From contig CAZYTA010000011.1 of assembly GCA_964650465.1 (NCBI GenBank), forward strand, positions 562 to 64,561: a stretch of 64,000 nucleotides of DNA. Reading direction: 5' to 3'. Positions within the stretch are counted from its first letter, which is position 1. Each line of letters begins with the position of its first letter. The DNA comes from an uncultured Oscillospiraceae bacterium. Lineage in GTDB: Bacteria > Bacillota > Clostridia > Oscillospirales > SIG627. Shown here piece after piece: positions 9,507 to 18,210 of this stretch. The translations under genes were made by a program, and so were the position numbers. A model generated the notes under the pieces. It had not been told where the DNA came from. It saw only the letters and a list, made by a program, of their open reading frames with translations, and ran no database searches.

Positions 9507-10916
9507 ATGAATGTAAATAAAAGTATAAAGGTAAATATTGACAGACTCAGAAGTTCATTTCCCGAAAAGCTAAGTGCGGATTTTGTTCTTGATGAATTTC
9601 TTGTTGCAGGCAGACAGTCATGTCTGTGCTTTTTTAACGGGTCAACAAATTCGGATTTGTTGTTGAAGGTACACAGAAGTATTCTGACATCGGACAGTCT
9701 CCCCGACACAATGGAAGAATTTTCTAAAACAACCGTGCCTCTTACCGATAAAAAGCTTGAATGTAAATTTGATGTAATAATAACTGCATTGCTGTCTTCT
9801 ATGTCTGTTTTGTTTATAGACGGATATGACAGTGCAATAATACTGGACACGAAGGAATATCCTTCACGCTCAATTGAGGAGCCTGAAAAGAATAAAACAA
9901 TGAGAGGTCCCAGAGACGGCTTTTGTGAAAGTATATTTGTAAATACCGCACTTATACGCAGACGTATAAAGACCGACGCTCTTGCTTTTGAGGGGTTTTC
10001 TGTAGGAAGAGAAACCAAAACAAAAGTTGTTCTTGCATATGTAAAGGGGAAATGCAATCAGCGCCTTGTGGATGAAGTCAGACGGCGATTGACTTCTCTT
10101 GATGTTCCGTCATTAACCCTAAGCCAGCAAACCTTATGCGAGTGTATTTTTGACAGACATTTGACAGATAAGCTAAACCCATTTCCCAAAGTCAGGTATG
10201 TAGAGAGACCCGATACTGCCGCATCTATGCTTATAGAAGGGAAGGTGGCACTGCTTTGCGATACAAGCCCCAGCGTTATATTTTTTCCTGTTACTCTTTA
10301 TGATATGGTAGAGGAGACAGACGATTATTATTTTCCGCCTTTAACGGCTACTTATTTGCGAACTCTTCGTGTTGGTATGCTGTTTGTTTCTGTTTTTCTT
10401 TCTCCGCTGTGGCTTCTGGCTTTGGAATATGGTGAAAGCTTGCCTGAATATCTCAAATTTCTCCTTGTTGATTCAAAGGCATATATACCCGTATGGCTGC
10501 AGCTGATTACAGTGGAATTAATGATGGATGCATTGAAAATAGCATCACTTAACACTCCAAATACAATCTCAAACTCTCTCAGCGTAGTAAGCGGATTACT
10601 GCTGAGTGATTTTGCCATAACAGCAGGATGGCTTGTGCCCCAGACTATATTGTACTCGGCAATATCATCAATTGCAAATTTTATTCCGACCAATTATGAG
10701 CTTGGATATGCATTTAAGTTCTGGAGAATGACACTGATTGCTTTCACGGCTTTGTTCAAGCTTTGGGGATTTATTGCGGGAGTTGTGGGCTTTGCGATTA
10801 TAATGATTCTTAACCGCTCAAAGACCAACAGGGAATTCCTTTATCCGCTGTCTCCCGCAGACTTAAAGGGCTTTATTAAGATTTTTATCCGCACGGGTGA
10901 GGGAAAAGAAAAATAG
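9507..10916 (+). CDS. GerA-family spore germination protein A-subunit / SpoVAF-like
   Basis: RGPRDGFCESIFVNTALIRRRIK, PFPKVRYVERPDTAASMLIEGKVALLCDTSPSVIFFP and C-terminal TM helices are typical of GerAA/SpoVAF. ATG at 9507 is preceded by ggaggt. No adjacent GerAB or GerAC genes. Confidence 0.8.
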   Translation: MNVNKSIKVNIDRLRSSFPEKLSADFVLDEFLVAGRQSCLCFFNGSTNSDLLLKVHRSILTSDSLPDTMEEFSKTTVPLTDKKLECKFDVIITALLSSMSVLFIDGYDSAIILDTKEYPSRSIEEPEKNKTMRGPRDGFCESIFVNTALIRRRIKTDALAFEGFSVGRETKTKVVLAYVKGKCNQRLVDEVRRRLTSLDVPSLTLSQQTLCECIFDRHLTDKLNPFPKVRYVERPDTAASMLIEGKVALLCDTSPSVIFFPVTLYDMVEETDDYYFPPLTATYLRTLRVGMLFVSVFLSPLWLLALEYGESLPEYLKFLLVDSKAYIPVWLQLITVELMMDALKIASLNTPNTISNSLSVVSGLLLSDFAITAGWLVPQTILYSAISSIANFIPTNYELGYAFKFWRMTLIAFTALFKLWGFIAGVVGFAIIMILNRSKTNREFLYPLSPADLKGFIKIFIRTGEGKEK

Positions 10917-10919
10917 GTA

Positions 10920-10948
10920 TTGACAAATCTTTAACAATCTGATATAAT
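10920..10948 (+). promoter_or_regulatory. Consensus sigma-A promoter upstream of the Crp/Fnr-family gene
   Basis: TTGACA, a 17-nt spacer ending in TGa, then TATAAT. Confidence 0.55.
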
Positions 10949-10986
10949 CAAAGTGTCTCAAATGATACACTTTGGTAGGTGAAAAT

Positions 10987-11610
10987 ATGACAGCAAAAGA
11001 GATAGCGGATAAGCTTCGTTCTACAGCGCTTTTTGCCGAAATCAACGGTTTGGAGGAGCTTGCGGAGGAATATCCTCCCGTTCTTTTACAGCTATTACCG
11101 GGAGATAAGTATGAGATTAAAAACTCTCTTGCTCTTTTCCTTGAAGGCAGGGCGGAAATTGTAAAGGAATCTGAAAGCAAAACTGCCTTTATGAAGTCGG
11201 TCTCAGACTTGACATTGTTGGGGTTGGCAACACTGTTTTCTGCAAAAGAGGAATATATTTCCACTCTGATATCAAAAACAGAGGTGAAGATGTTAGTGTT
11301 TTCAGAGGACTTTGTAAAGTCGCTTATTTCGTGCAATTCCGATTTTTCTCTGAGACTGGTCAGTCTCCTGTGCCAAAAGGTGAGATATCTTAACCGCAGA
11401 ATTGATTTTTACACCTGTTCGGATGCGGAAGAAAAGCTTCGCGAGTTTATTGTGCGCTCAAGCGGAGCTGACGGCAAGATAGTTATGTCCATGTCAAAGC
11501 TTTCCGAAACCTTGGATATCGGAAGGGCATCGCTGTACAGAGCTATAACCGCATTGGAAGAAAAAGGATATATAATCAAGGATGGGAAAACAATTCAATT
11601 ATTAAAGTGA
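10987..11610 (+). CDS. Crp/Fnr-family transcriptional regulator
   Basis: cNMP-binding-like N-terminal domain and C-terminal HTH (MSKLSETLDIGRASLYRAITALEEKGYI). ATG at 10987 follows ggtaggtg. The listed ORF starts at TTG 10972. Confidence 0.75.
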   Translation: MTAKEIADKLRSTALFAEINGLEELAEEYPPVLLQLLPGDKYEIKNSLALFLEGRAEIVKESESKTAFMKSVSDLTLLGLATLFSAKEEYISTLISKTEVKMLVFSEDFVKSLISCNSDFSLRLVSLLCQKVRYLNRRIDFYTCSDAEEKLREFIVRSSGADGKIVMSMSKLSETLDIGRASLYRAITALEEKGYIIKDGKTIQLLK

Positions 11611-11620
11611 GGAAACGAAT

Positions 11621-12664
11621 ATGAAAAAAACACTGACACTTTTACTTGCACTGACACTTTCTCTTTTTGTGTTTGTCGGATGTACGAACAACACCACTGA
11701 CCCTATTGAAGTACCAAAGGATAACGAAATTTCCACTCCCTCCGATGTAACCGAAAACGAACCTGAAGAAGAGCTCAAAGTAGCTGAAACAACAAGAGTT
11801 GTTGCACTCAAGGGTCCTACAGGCATGGGTATGGCAAAGATGATAAGCGATGCCGACCCCAAGTATACATTCTCACTTACATCTATGCCCGATGATGTAA
11901 CTTCATCAATAATTTCAAAAAACGTTGATATTGCCGCTGTTCCCACCAACCTTGCTTCTGTTCTTTACAATAAGACAGAGGGCGAAGTGGAAGTAATAGC
12001 TCTCAACACTCTTGGAGTTCTCTATGTAATCAATTCCGACGGGACCGTTAATACACTTCAAGACCTGAAGGGTAAAACAATAGGTGCTACAGGTCAGGCT
12101 TCTACTCCCGAATATGTTTTGGACTATGTTCTTAAAATGAATGGAATTGACCCCGATAAAGATGTAACAATTGAGTATTATACAGACCATTCGGAGCTGG
12201 CAACAAGAATGATTAGCGGTGATGTTACAATAGGTATGCTTCCCGAGCCTCAGGTAAGCACGGTTCTTATGAAAAATGCTGATTGCAAAACCGTGATTAA
12301 TATGACAGACGAGTGGAATAAGGTATCTCCCGAGTCTGCACTTGTTCAGGGCTGTATAGTTGTAAGACGTGAATTTGCTGAAGCTTATCCCGACTCTGTA
12401 AAGAATTTCCTTGCTGAATATAAGCAGTCTGTTGAATTTGCAAATACATCCGCCGATGCTCCTGAAACTATTTCCGGACTGGGAATTGTAGGAAGCGCAG
12501 AGATAGCTGCCCGAGCAATACCCAATTGTAATATAGTGTATGTTGATTCCAACGACGGAATGAAAGAAAAGCTCTCGGGCTTCTTGCAGGTGCTCTTTGA
12601 TGCAAATCCCAAGTCGGTTGGCGGAAAGCTTCCCGATGACAGCTTCTATTTTGAGAATAAATGA
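11621..12664 (+). CDS. ABC transporter substrate-binding lipoprotein (NMT1/THI5-like, nitrate/sulfonate/HMP-type family)
   Basis: Lipobox LFVFVGC. Periplasmic-binding fold pattern (VALKGPTGMGMAKM..., GMLPEPQ). Sits at the head of a translationally coupled SBP-permease-ATPase operon. Confidence 0.75.
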   Translation: MKKTLTLLLALTLSLFVFVGCTNNTTDPIEVPKDNEISTPSDVTENEPEEELKVAETTRVVALKGPTGMGMAKMISDADPKYTFSLTSMPDDVTSSIISKNVDIAAVPTNLASVLYNKTEGEVEVIALNTLGVLYVINSDGTVNTLQDLKGKTIGATGQASTPEYVLDYVLKMNGIDPDKDVTIEYYTDHSELATRMISGDVTIGMLPEPQVSTVLMKNADCKTVINMTDEWNKVSPESALVQGCIVVRREFAEAYPDSVKNFLAEYKQSVEFANTSADAPETISGLGIVGSAEIAARAIPNCNIVYVDSNDGMKEKLSGFLQVLFDANPKSVGGKLPDDSFYFENK

Positions 12665-13410
12665 AGATAAGAAAAAAATTTTATGCCATGGCTGCTATCC
12701 TGTTTTGGATAGCAGTATGGCACTTTGCAGCTCTGTATATAGGGAAGCAGATTTTGCTTCCGTCACCTGCCGTTACGGTTAAAGTACTGTTTTCACTTGC
12801 TTCTGAAGCATCGTTTTGGAAAATTTGTTTTATTTCTGTCAGAAACATTTTTTCGGGAGTGCTTGCGGGAGTTGCGGTAGGAATTATACTTGCAGGCGCA
12901 TCGTACATAAGCTCTGCAGTAAAGTATTTGTTTTCGCCGTTGATTTCTTTGGTAAAAGCCGTACCGATTGCTTCGGTTATCATCCTGTTTTTGATTTGGA
13001 TAGGGAAGAATGATATACCGTTTTATATATCGATGATGATGGTTACACCTATCGTTGCATCAAATGTTCTTGAAGGCTTGGAAAACATTGACAAGTCACT
13101 GTGGGAGGTAACAAAAGTATACGGCTTTGGCTTTTTTAAAAGCTGGAAATTGCTCTATCGGCACAGTCTTCTTCCGTATATCAGCTCTTCATTAAAGAGC
13201 GGTATTGCTCTTGCATGGAAAGCAGGAATTGCAGCTGAGGTTCTTTGTACACCGGATAATACAGTGGGCGAGATGTTGTATGAATCAAAGCTGTACATGG
13301 AAACTCCTACATTGTTTGCGTGGACGCTTGCGGTTATTATCATAAGCTTTATTCTTGAAAAAGCTGTTGTGGGAGTGTCGCACCGCATCCTTGGAGGTGA
13401 CAGAAAATGA
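12661..13410 (+). CDS. ABC transporter permease (SsuC/TauC-type)
   Basis: Six predicted TM helices and a BPD_transp_1-like EAA region (SLKSGIALAWKAGIAAEVL). ATGA overlap with the upstream stop. Confidence 0.85.
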   Translation: MKIRKKFYAMAAILFWIAVWHFAALYIGKQILLPSPAVTVKVLFSLASEASFWKICFISVRNIFSGVLAGVAVGIILAGASYISSAVKYLFSPLISLVKAVPIASVIILFLIWIGKNDIPFYISMMMVTPIVASNVLEGLENIDKSLWEVTKVYGFGFFKSWKLLYRHSLLPYISSSLKSGIALAWKAGIAAEVLCTPDNTVGEMLYESKLYMETPTLFAWTLAVIIISFILEKAVVGVSHRILGGDRK

Positions 13411-13997
13411 GTATTGTCTTAAAGAATATAACAAAAAAATTTGGCAGAAAAACAGTGATTGAAAATTTTTCTCTTGAGCTTGAAAAAGGCTCAAGAATAG
13501 CTTTGATAGCCGCATCGGGAAGCGGAAAAACCACCTTGTTCAGAATTATAGCAGGGCTTGAAAAAAGGTTTGAAGGTGAGCGCAGGATTGACGGCAAGGT
13601 AGCGCTGATGTTTCAGGAGGACAGGCTTTTTGAACACGCTACAGTTCTTGAAAATGTAATGGCTGTTTCGGACAATAACGCCGACGGTGCTGTGCACCTT
13701 TTGAATAGCCTTGGCTTGTCCGATGCTTTTGAACTATATCCTTCAGCACTTTCGGGAGGTATGAAAAGACGTGTCGCGTTGGCAAGAGCACTGCTTTATG
13801 ACGGGGATACAGTGCTTCTCGATGAGTGCTTTACGGGGCTTGACCCTGAAACCCGACATCAAACTGCGAGTGTTATAAACAAGGAGACCGAGGGAAAAAC
13901 TCTCGTTCTTATTACCCATGATATCGAAGAGGCAAAACTGCTTGGCTGTAAACCGTTGGTGCTTGAAAACGGATTTATATCACAAAATCAGCTGTAA
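13407..13997 (+). CDS. ABC transporter ATP-binding protein (short, 196 aa)
   Basis: Walker A AASGSGKTT, Q-loop MFQED, signature LSGGMKRR, Walker B VLLDE, H-loop ITHD. ATGA overlap with the permease stop. Confidence 0.9.
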   Translation: MSIVLKNITKKFGRKTVIENFSLELEKGSRIALIAASGSGKTTLFRIIAGLEKRFEGERRIDGKVALMFQEDRLFEHATVLENVMAVSDNNADGAVHLLNSLGLSDAFELYPSALSGGMKRRVALARALLYDGDTVLLDECFTGLDPETRHQTASVINKETEGKTLVLITHDIEEAKLLGCKPLVLENGFISQNQL

Positions 13998-14025
13998 AAA
14001 CTAACAGTTTTTACAGCTGATTTTG
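13983..14025 (+). terminator. 20-bp-stem hairpin terminator that includes the ATPase stop codon
   Basis: caaaatcagctgtaaaaact-aac-agtttttacagctgattttg is a perfect inverted repeat, followed by tttgtttg. Confidence 0.8.
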
Positions 14026-14030
14026 TTTGT

Positions 14031-14321
14031 TGTATACGAAACCAACCTCGCCGTTTTGCCTTGTTTGGTTATATTCATAGGTTACGATAGGCGAGAATTG
14101 TCAGCGGCGGCTTGCCTCTCTTTTACTATTTAGGAAATTGCTCCGACCCAAGCCGCATGGCTTTGTTGAAAGAGTACGGCATAATGATAGGCGAGAATTG
14201 TCAGCGGTCACTGACCGCTTTTTTATTACATAGGAAATTGCATCGCAATTGCTTGTAACAAACAAAGTCTACCTCTGAAATTGTGAGCGTTAGCGAACAT
14301 CAGTTGCCGAAGGCGACTTTT
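14031..14321 (+). repeat. Array of about 3 units (100-nt period) of the ATAGG/terminator intergenic repeat, with two variant cores
   Basis: gataggcgagaattgtcagcgg occurs at 14087 and 14187, and taggaaattgc at 14131 and 14231. Unit 1 carries aaccaacctcgccgttttgcc. Units 2 and 3 have different cores. Units end in hairpins agcggtca/tgaccgct+T6 and gttgcc/ggcgac+T6. Confidence 0.75.
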
Positions 14322-15800
14322 TTATAATATTATGCATATAAGACCGTTACTGCCCTCGTTGACAATCTTTTGCAAGGTCAGACCGATTTTTTCTCTTGCA
14401 TCCTGAGGCATGTGGTCAAGCTTTGAATTCAGCCCCTCATTTACAAGACAGTAAAGAGATTTTCCAAACATATTAGATTCCCAAAGCTCCCGAGGATTTT
14501 CTTCAAATTCGTTTAAAAGAAACTTTACCATTTCTTCCGATTGTTTTTCGCTTCCAACTATGGGGTTTATTTCTGTTTTTATCTTTGCTTTTATCATATG
14601 TATGGAATCAGCGCAAGCTTTTAGCTTGACTCCGTATCCGCTTGACTGCTTGATAATTTCAGGTTCTTCAAGAATCAGGTCATCAACCTGCGGAACTACT
14701 ATACCGTAGCCTGTTGTTTCTGCTGCATCCAAAGCTTCACGGATTTTTTCAAAGCGATGTTTTGTTTCTCCCAGTGTGCAAATTGCTTCAAAGAGAGCTT
14801 TTTCATCTGTTATATCAATTCCGCATCTTTCACTTAGTGCCTTGTAAAACAGGCTGTCATCCAGCTTGATTTCTACCTTGCTTTTTCCTGTCCCCAGCTC
14901 GGTGCTTACTATTCCTGCCCATTTTATACCTTCCTTTTTTCCAAGCTCTTCAATGCTTCTGTGAACTGATGCTACAGAGTCTATACTTTCGGCGGTTTCT
15001 CTCATTGCCGTTTCCAATTCTGTACGCAGATAGTTTTTTCTGTCCAGAGAATTTATCCATGACGGTATTGTTACGGCAAGCTCTGTAACAGGGAATTCGT
15101 ATAGACAGAGTTCGATTATGTGACCGATATCTTCTGCTTCCATTTTTGCACAGTTGATAAGAGCAACAGGCACCGAATGCCTTCCTTCCAATTCCAGTGC
15201 TGTCTGTATAGCTGTATCTGAGTCAGGATCGGAAGAGTTGAGAACGATAACAAACGGTTTGCCGCACGCCTTCATATCGGCTATGACTCTGTTTTCACAT
15301 TCCTCGTAGGCATATCTTGGAAGCTCGCCGAAGCTGCCGTCGGTTGTGATTACTATTCCTATGGTGGAATGCTCGTCGATAACCTTTTTCGTTCCCATTT
15401 CAGCTGCAGCTTCAAAAGGGAGAGGTTTTTGTGACCAAGGAGTCATTACCATTCTGTCACTGCCGTTTTCCGTCAACCCTTCAGCACCGCTTACGATATA
15501 ACCTACGCAGTCAATCATTTTTACATTGAGACCCACGTTTCCCTGTAGAGCAATTTTTACTGCTTTCTCCGGAACAAATTTAGGTTCTGTTGTCATTACG
15601 GTTTTTCCGGCAGCACTTTGCGGCATTTCGTCACGTGCTCTGGATTTTTCTGATTCATTTTCAATTTCGGGTAAAACCAGAGTCTCCATAAATTTTTTTA
15701 TAAATGTTGATTTTCCTGACCTTACGGGTCCGACTACTCCGATATATACATCTCCGTTGGTACGTGTTGCAATGTCCGAGTATATTTTTGCATTGTTCAT
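14322..15800 (-). CDS. spoIVA: Stage IV sporulation protein A (spore coat morphogenetic ATPase)
   Basis: MNNAKIYSDIATRTNGDVYIGVVGPVRSGKSTFIKKFME... (Walker A) and collinear over the full length with SpoIVA, 492 aa. ATG at 15800 is preceded by ggaggaag. The listed ORF starts 45 nt upstream. Confidence 0.95.
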   Translation of the reverse strand: MNNAKIYSDIATRTNGDVYIGVVGPVRSGKSTFIKKFMETLVLPEIENESEKSRARDEMPQSAAGKTVMTTEPKFVPEKAVKIALQGNVGLNVKMIDCVGYIVSGAEGLTENGSDRMVMTPWSQKPLPFEAAAEMGTKKVIDEHSTIGIVITTDGSFGELPRYAYEECENRVIADMKACGKPFVIVLNSSDPDSDTAIQTALELEGRHSVPVALINCAKMEAEDIGHIIELCLYEFPVTELAVTIPSWINSLDRKNYLRTELETAMRETAESIDSVASVHRSIEELGKKEGIKWAGIVSTELGTGKSKVEIKLDDSLFYKALSERCGIDITDEKALFEAICTLGETKHRFEKIREALDAAETTGYGIVVPQVDDLILEEPEIIKQSSGYGVKLKACADSIHMIKAKIKTEINPIVGSEKQSEEMVKFLLNEFEENPRELWESNMFGKSLYCLVNEGLNSKLDHMPQDAREKIGLTLQKIVNEGSNGLICIIL

Positions 15801-15828
15801 TTCTCTTCCTCCGCATTGTTTTTGTAAA

Positions 15829-15857
15829 TTAATATGCGGCGGCACAAAAAAATATAC
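15829..15857 (-). promoter_or_regulatory. Candidate SigE-type promoter for spoIVA
   Basis: The minus strand reads GTATATT, 14 nt, CATATTAA. My recollection of the SigE consensus is kmATAtt-14-CATAcanT. spoIVA is SigE-dependent in Bacillus. The match is only partial. Confidence 0.3.
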
Positions 15858-15987
15858 CGAAAAATGAAACGGGAAAAAATTTTACAAAAAATAACGACGA
15901 TTTTTGAAAAACTATCTTTTCAAATCGCAAAATATATGATATACTGTCTATGTGTTACACATAGACATCTGTTAAGAGGTGATAATT

Positions 15988-16446
15988 ATGAAATGTCCCG
16001 CATGCGGATTTGTTGAAAGTAAAGTGCTTGATTCCCGTCCTACCGACGAGGGAGAGGCTATAAGGCGAAGAAGAGAGTGTCTTTCCTGCCAGAAAAGATT
16101 TACTACATATGAGAGACTTGAGGTAATGCCGATTATAGTGGTAAAGAAGGACAAGTCAAGAGAGGCATTCGACCGCAACAAGATTCTCAACGGTATGATA
16201 AGGGCTTGTGAAAAAAGACCTGTATCTTTGGCTGTTATAGAACGTGCCGTGGCAGATATTGAATCTAATCTTAACAATTCTCTTCAGTCTGAGGTCAGCA
16301 GTACCGTGATAGGCGAGTTGGTTATGGAAGCGCTGAAGGGAATAGATGAGGTTGCTTATGTGCGCTTCGCTTCGGTATACCGTCAATTCAAGGATATCAA
16401 CACCTTCATGGACGAGCTGAAGCTCCTTTTGAAAAAACAGGATTAA
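15988..16446 (+). CDS. nrdR: Transcriptional repressor NrdR
   Basis: [42 protein letters not shown] (zinc ribbon) plus an ATP-cone. ATG at 15988 is preceded by agaggtg. Confidence 0.95.
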   Translation: MKCPACGFVESKVLDSRPTDEGEAIRRRRECLSCQKRFTTYERLEVMPIIVVKKDKSREAFDRNKILNGMIRACEKRPVSLAVIERAVADIESNLNNSLQSEVSSTVIGELVMEALKGIDEVAYVRFASVYRQFKDINTFMDELKLLLKKQD

Positions 16447-16460
16447 GGAAAGGAACAGTA

Positions 16461-17453
16461 ATGAAATCTTCATCTCAGATAAAAGTCTCTGCAATAAGCT
16501 TTATGATTGCACTGCTTGTGTCGCTTGCAGTTTTCGGAATAATAGCTTATTTTGCAATATCGGGATTTATGTCACCCGAGGAAACCAAAACACCCGAACA
16601 GGGCGTCGATGCCCCTGTTGATGACCTTAACAGCGAGCAACCACCCCTTGCACCCGAAGAGGTCGAAAAAATTCATGGTGAAAGCTTTACAGTACTGATA
16701 GCCGGTTATGACCTTCAGGAGCTTGGCTTTGATGCAATGGCTGTTGTTGATGTTGACAAAGAGAACCAAAAGGTTACGGTATCTCCTCTTAATGTGGATA
16801 CTAAGGTCTATGTGGGTCACGGCGACTCATATTCATTGAATATCAGGACAGGCGACCTTATAAAGTATAAGGATATGCAGTATGTTGTGGATAAGATAAA
16901 TGCTACTACAGGTCTCAAAATAGAATATTATGTTACCTTTACGGCAGAGGGATTTATCGAAGCCTTTGACGCATTCAACAAAAACAAGGATTATACATAT
17001 AAGGTTCCCAAGGACATGGAGCATGTTTACGTTGAAATTCCGGAAACAGACCCCGAAAAGGAGCTAACAGCGGAAGAGACCGCCGAATTGGAAGCATTAA
17101 AGGCATACGAAAAGTATAACATATCCTTCAAGAAGGGGGATTCTTTGACCGACGGAATAGATGTTTACAATATGCTCAGGTATAAGGGAGATTCCTCAAC
17201 AGACCGCATGACAAGACAAGCAACCTTTATAAAGGATGTTGTTTCAAAAATAATTCCGGCGCGCTTCAAGGAAGGTAATTTGACTGCTATAGTTGATACA
17301 GCGAAGGCTCTTATCAAGCTTACTTCGTCTATAAGTACAAACATAAGTGCGGAAACATTTATTACAGAGACATTTGACCTTATTTCAGCTATGCCCGGCT
17401 TCTCCTACGGCACAGTCACAAAGTATACCTCGGGAATAGCAAACTTCAAATAA
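16461..17453 (+). CDS. Membrane-anchored LytR/CpsA/Psr (LCP)-like protein, apparently degenerate
   Basis: N-terminal TM helix. FTVLIAGYDLQELGFDAMAVVDVDKENQKVTVSPLNVDTKVY and IEYYVTFTAEGFIEAFDAF parallel LCP motifs (xxLLxGxDxR..RxDsixxxxxxP....xxxSiPRDtyv; idyyvxvnxxgfxxxvDalGG). The conserved Arg/Asp positions are replaced. Confidence 0.45.
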   Translation: MKSSSQIKVSAISFMIALLVSLAVFGIIAYFAISGFMSPEETKTPEQGVDAPVDDLNSEQPPLAPEEVEKIHGESFTVLIAGYDLQELGFDAMAVVDVDKENQKVTVSPLNVDTKVYVGHGDSYSLNIRTGDLIKYKDMQYVVDKINATTGLKIEYYVTFTAEGFIEAFDAFNKNKDYTYKVPKDMEHVYVEIPETDPEKELTAEETAELEALKAYEKYNISFKKGDSLTDGIDVYNMLRYKGDSSTDRMTRQATFIKDVVSKIIPARFKEGNLTAIVDTAKALIKLTSSISTNISAETFITETFDLISAMPGFSYGTVTKYTSGIANFK

Positions 17454-17454
17454 A

Positions 17455-17553
17455 AAATCGTCGAGCCGTATATGGCAAATCTTGCCTACAGTGACTTATG
17501 TATATCAAAACAAAGTACAACGGCGAGGTCGGTTTAGTGAAATTTCTATGATA
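17455..17553 (-). repeat. Degenerate reverse-orientation copy of the ATAGG/terminator repeat
   Basis: The reverse complement reads atcatagaaatttcactaaaccgacctcgccgttgtactttg...cactgtaggcaagatttgcc. Boxes 1, 2 and 4 are recognisable and the terminator arm has decayed. Confidence 0.4.
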
Positions 17554-17571
17554 TAAAAACAGAGGATACAC

Positions 17572-18210
17572 ATGAAAAAAATGAATTTTAAAATCAAAAC
17601 TGCAGTAATAATACTGTCACTTGTTATTGCTGTCATTACTGCTACCGTAGCTTTCGGTGCGGATAATGACCCGTTGGTGACACTTAGCTACATAAATGAA
17701 ACAGTTATTCCCAAGATTACAGAGGATGTAAAAAATGCAGTTCTCGCCATTATTGACCAACGTGAAGACCAGAGCTCTGATACATCCAAAGTACCCGAGG
17801 AGCAGCCTTCCGATACTGTAGACGGCTCCGAGGAGAAACCCGCAGATACCGACCCCAAAGACGGGGAGCAGCCTGCAGAGCCTTCTGTTCCCGTAGTTAC
17901 TCCAAATGATTTGTCAAGCCTTAAGTATAAGGTTGTGTATCTTGTAAAAGGGCAGAAGCTTTATGCTACAGGTGAAAGCAATGAGTCTACAGAGGTAATT
18001 CTCCGTTCCGGCTCGGTTCTTTGTATTTCACCTTTCGGTGATCAGGGAATTGCCGATCTTACAGCATCAAAGGAGCTGTACAATAATGACCCCCTTGTAA
18101 AAAACAATTACTGTTTGATTCCCCGAGGGGGAGACGGAAGAGGCATCTACGCTGTCAGCAGCGATGCATATATTTTGGTGAGAGGAGAATACGAAATTGT
18201 ACAAGAATAA
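17572..18210 (+). CDS. Hypothetical membrane-anchored or secreted protein with an acidic Pro/Glu-rich linker
   Basis: N-terminal TM/signal segment (AVIILSLVIAVITATVAFGA), a PEEQPSDTVDGSEEKPADTDPKDGEQPAEPS linker and a C-terminal ~100-aa domain. RBS agagga. No family recognised. Confidence 0.6.
   Translation: MKKMNFKIKTAVIILSLVIAVITATVAFGADNDPLVTLSYINETVIPKITEDVKNAVLAIIDQREDQSSDTSKVPEEQPSDTVDGSEEKPADTDPKDGEQPAEPSVPVVTPNDLSSLKYKVVYLVKGQKLYATGESNESTEVILRSGSVLCISPFGDQGIADLTASKELYNNDPLVKNNYCLIPRGGDGRGIYAVSSDAYILVRGEYEIVQE

Noticed and set aside
15946-15966. Palindrome upstream of nrdR considered as an NrdR box
   Set aside because: The half-sites are GTG...CAC around a 3-nt centre. This does not match the 16-bp ACAC-ATAT-GTGT type consensus as I recall it. 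I report it only as an unexplained palindrome.
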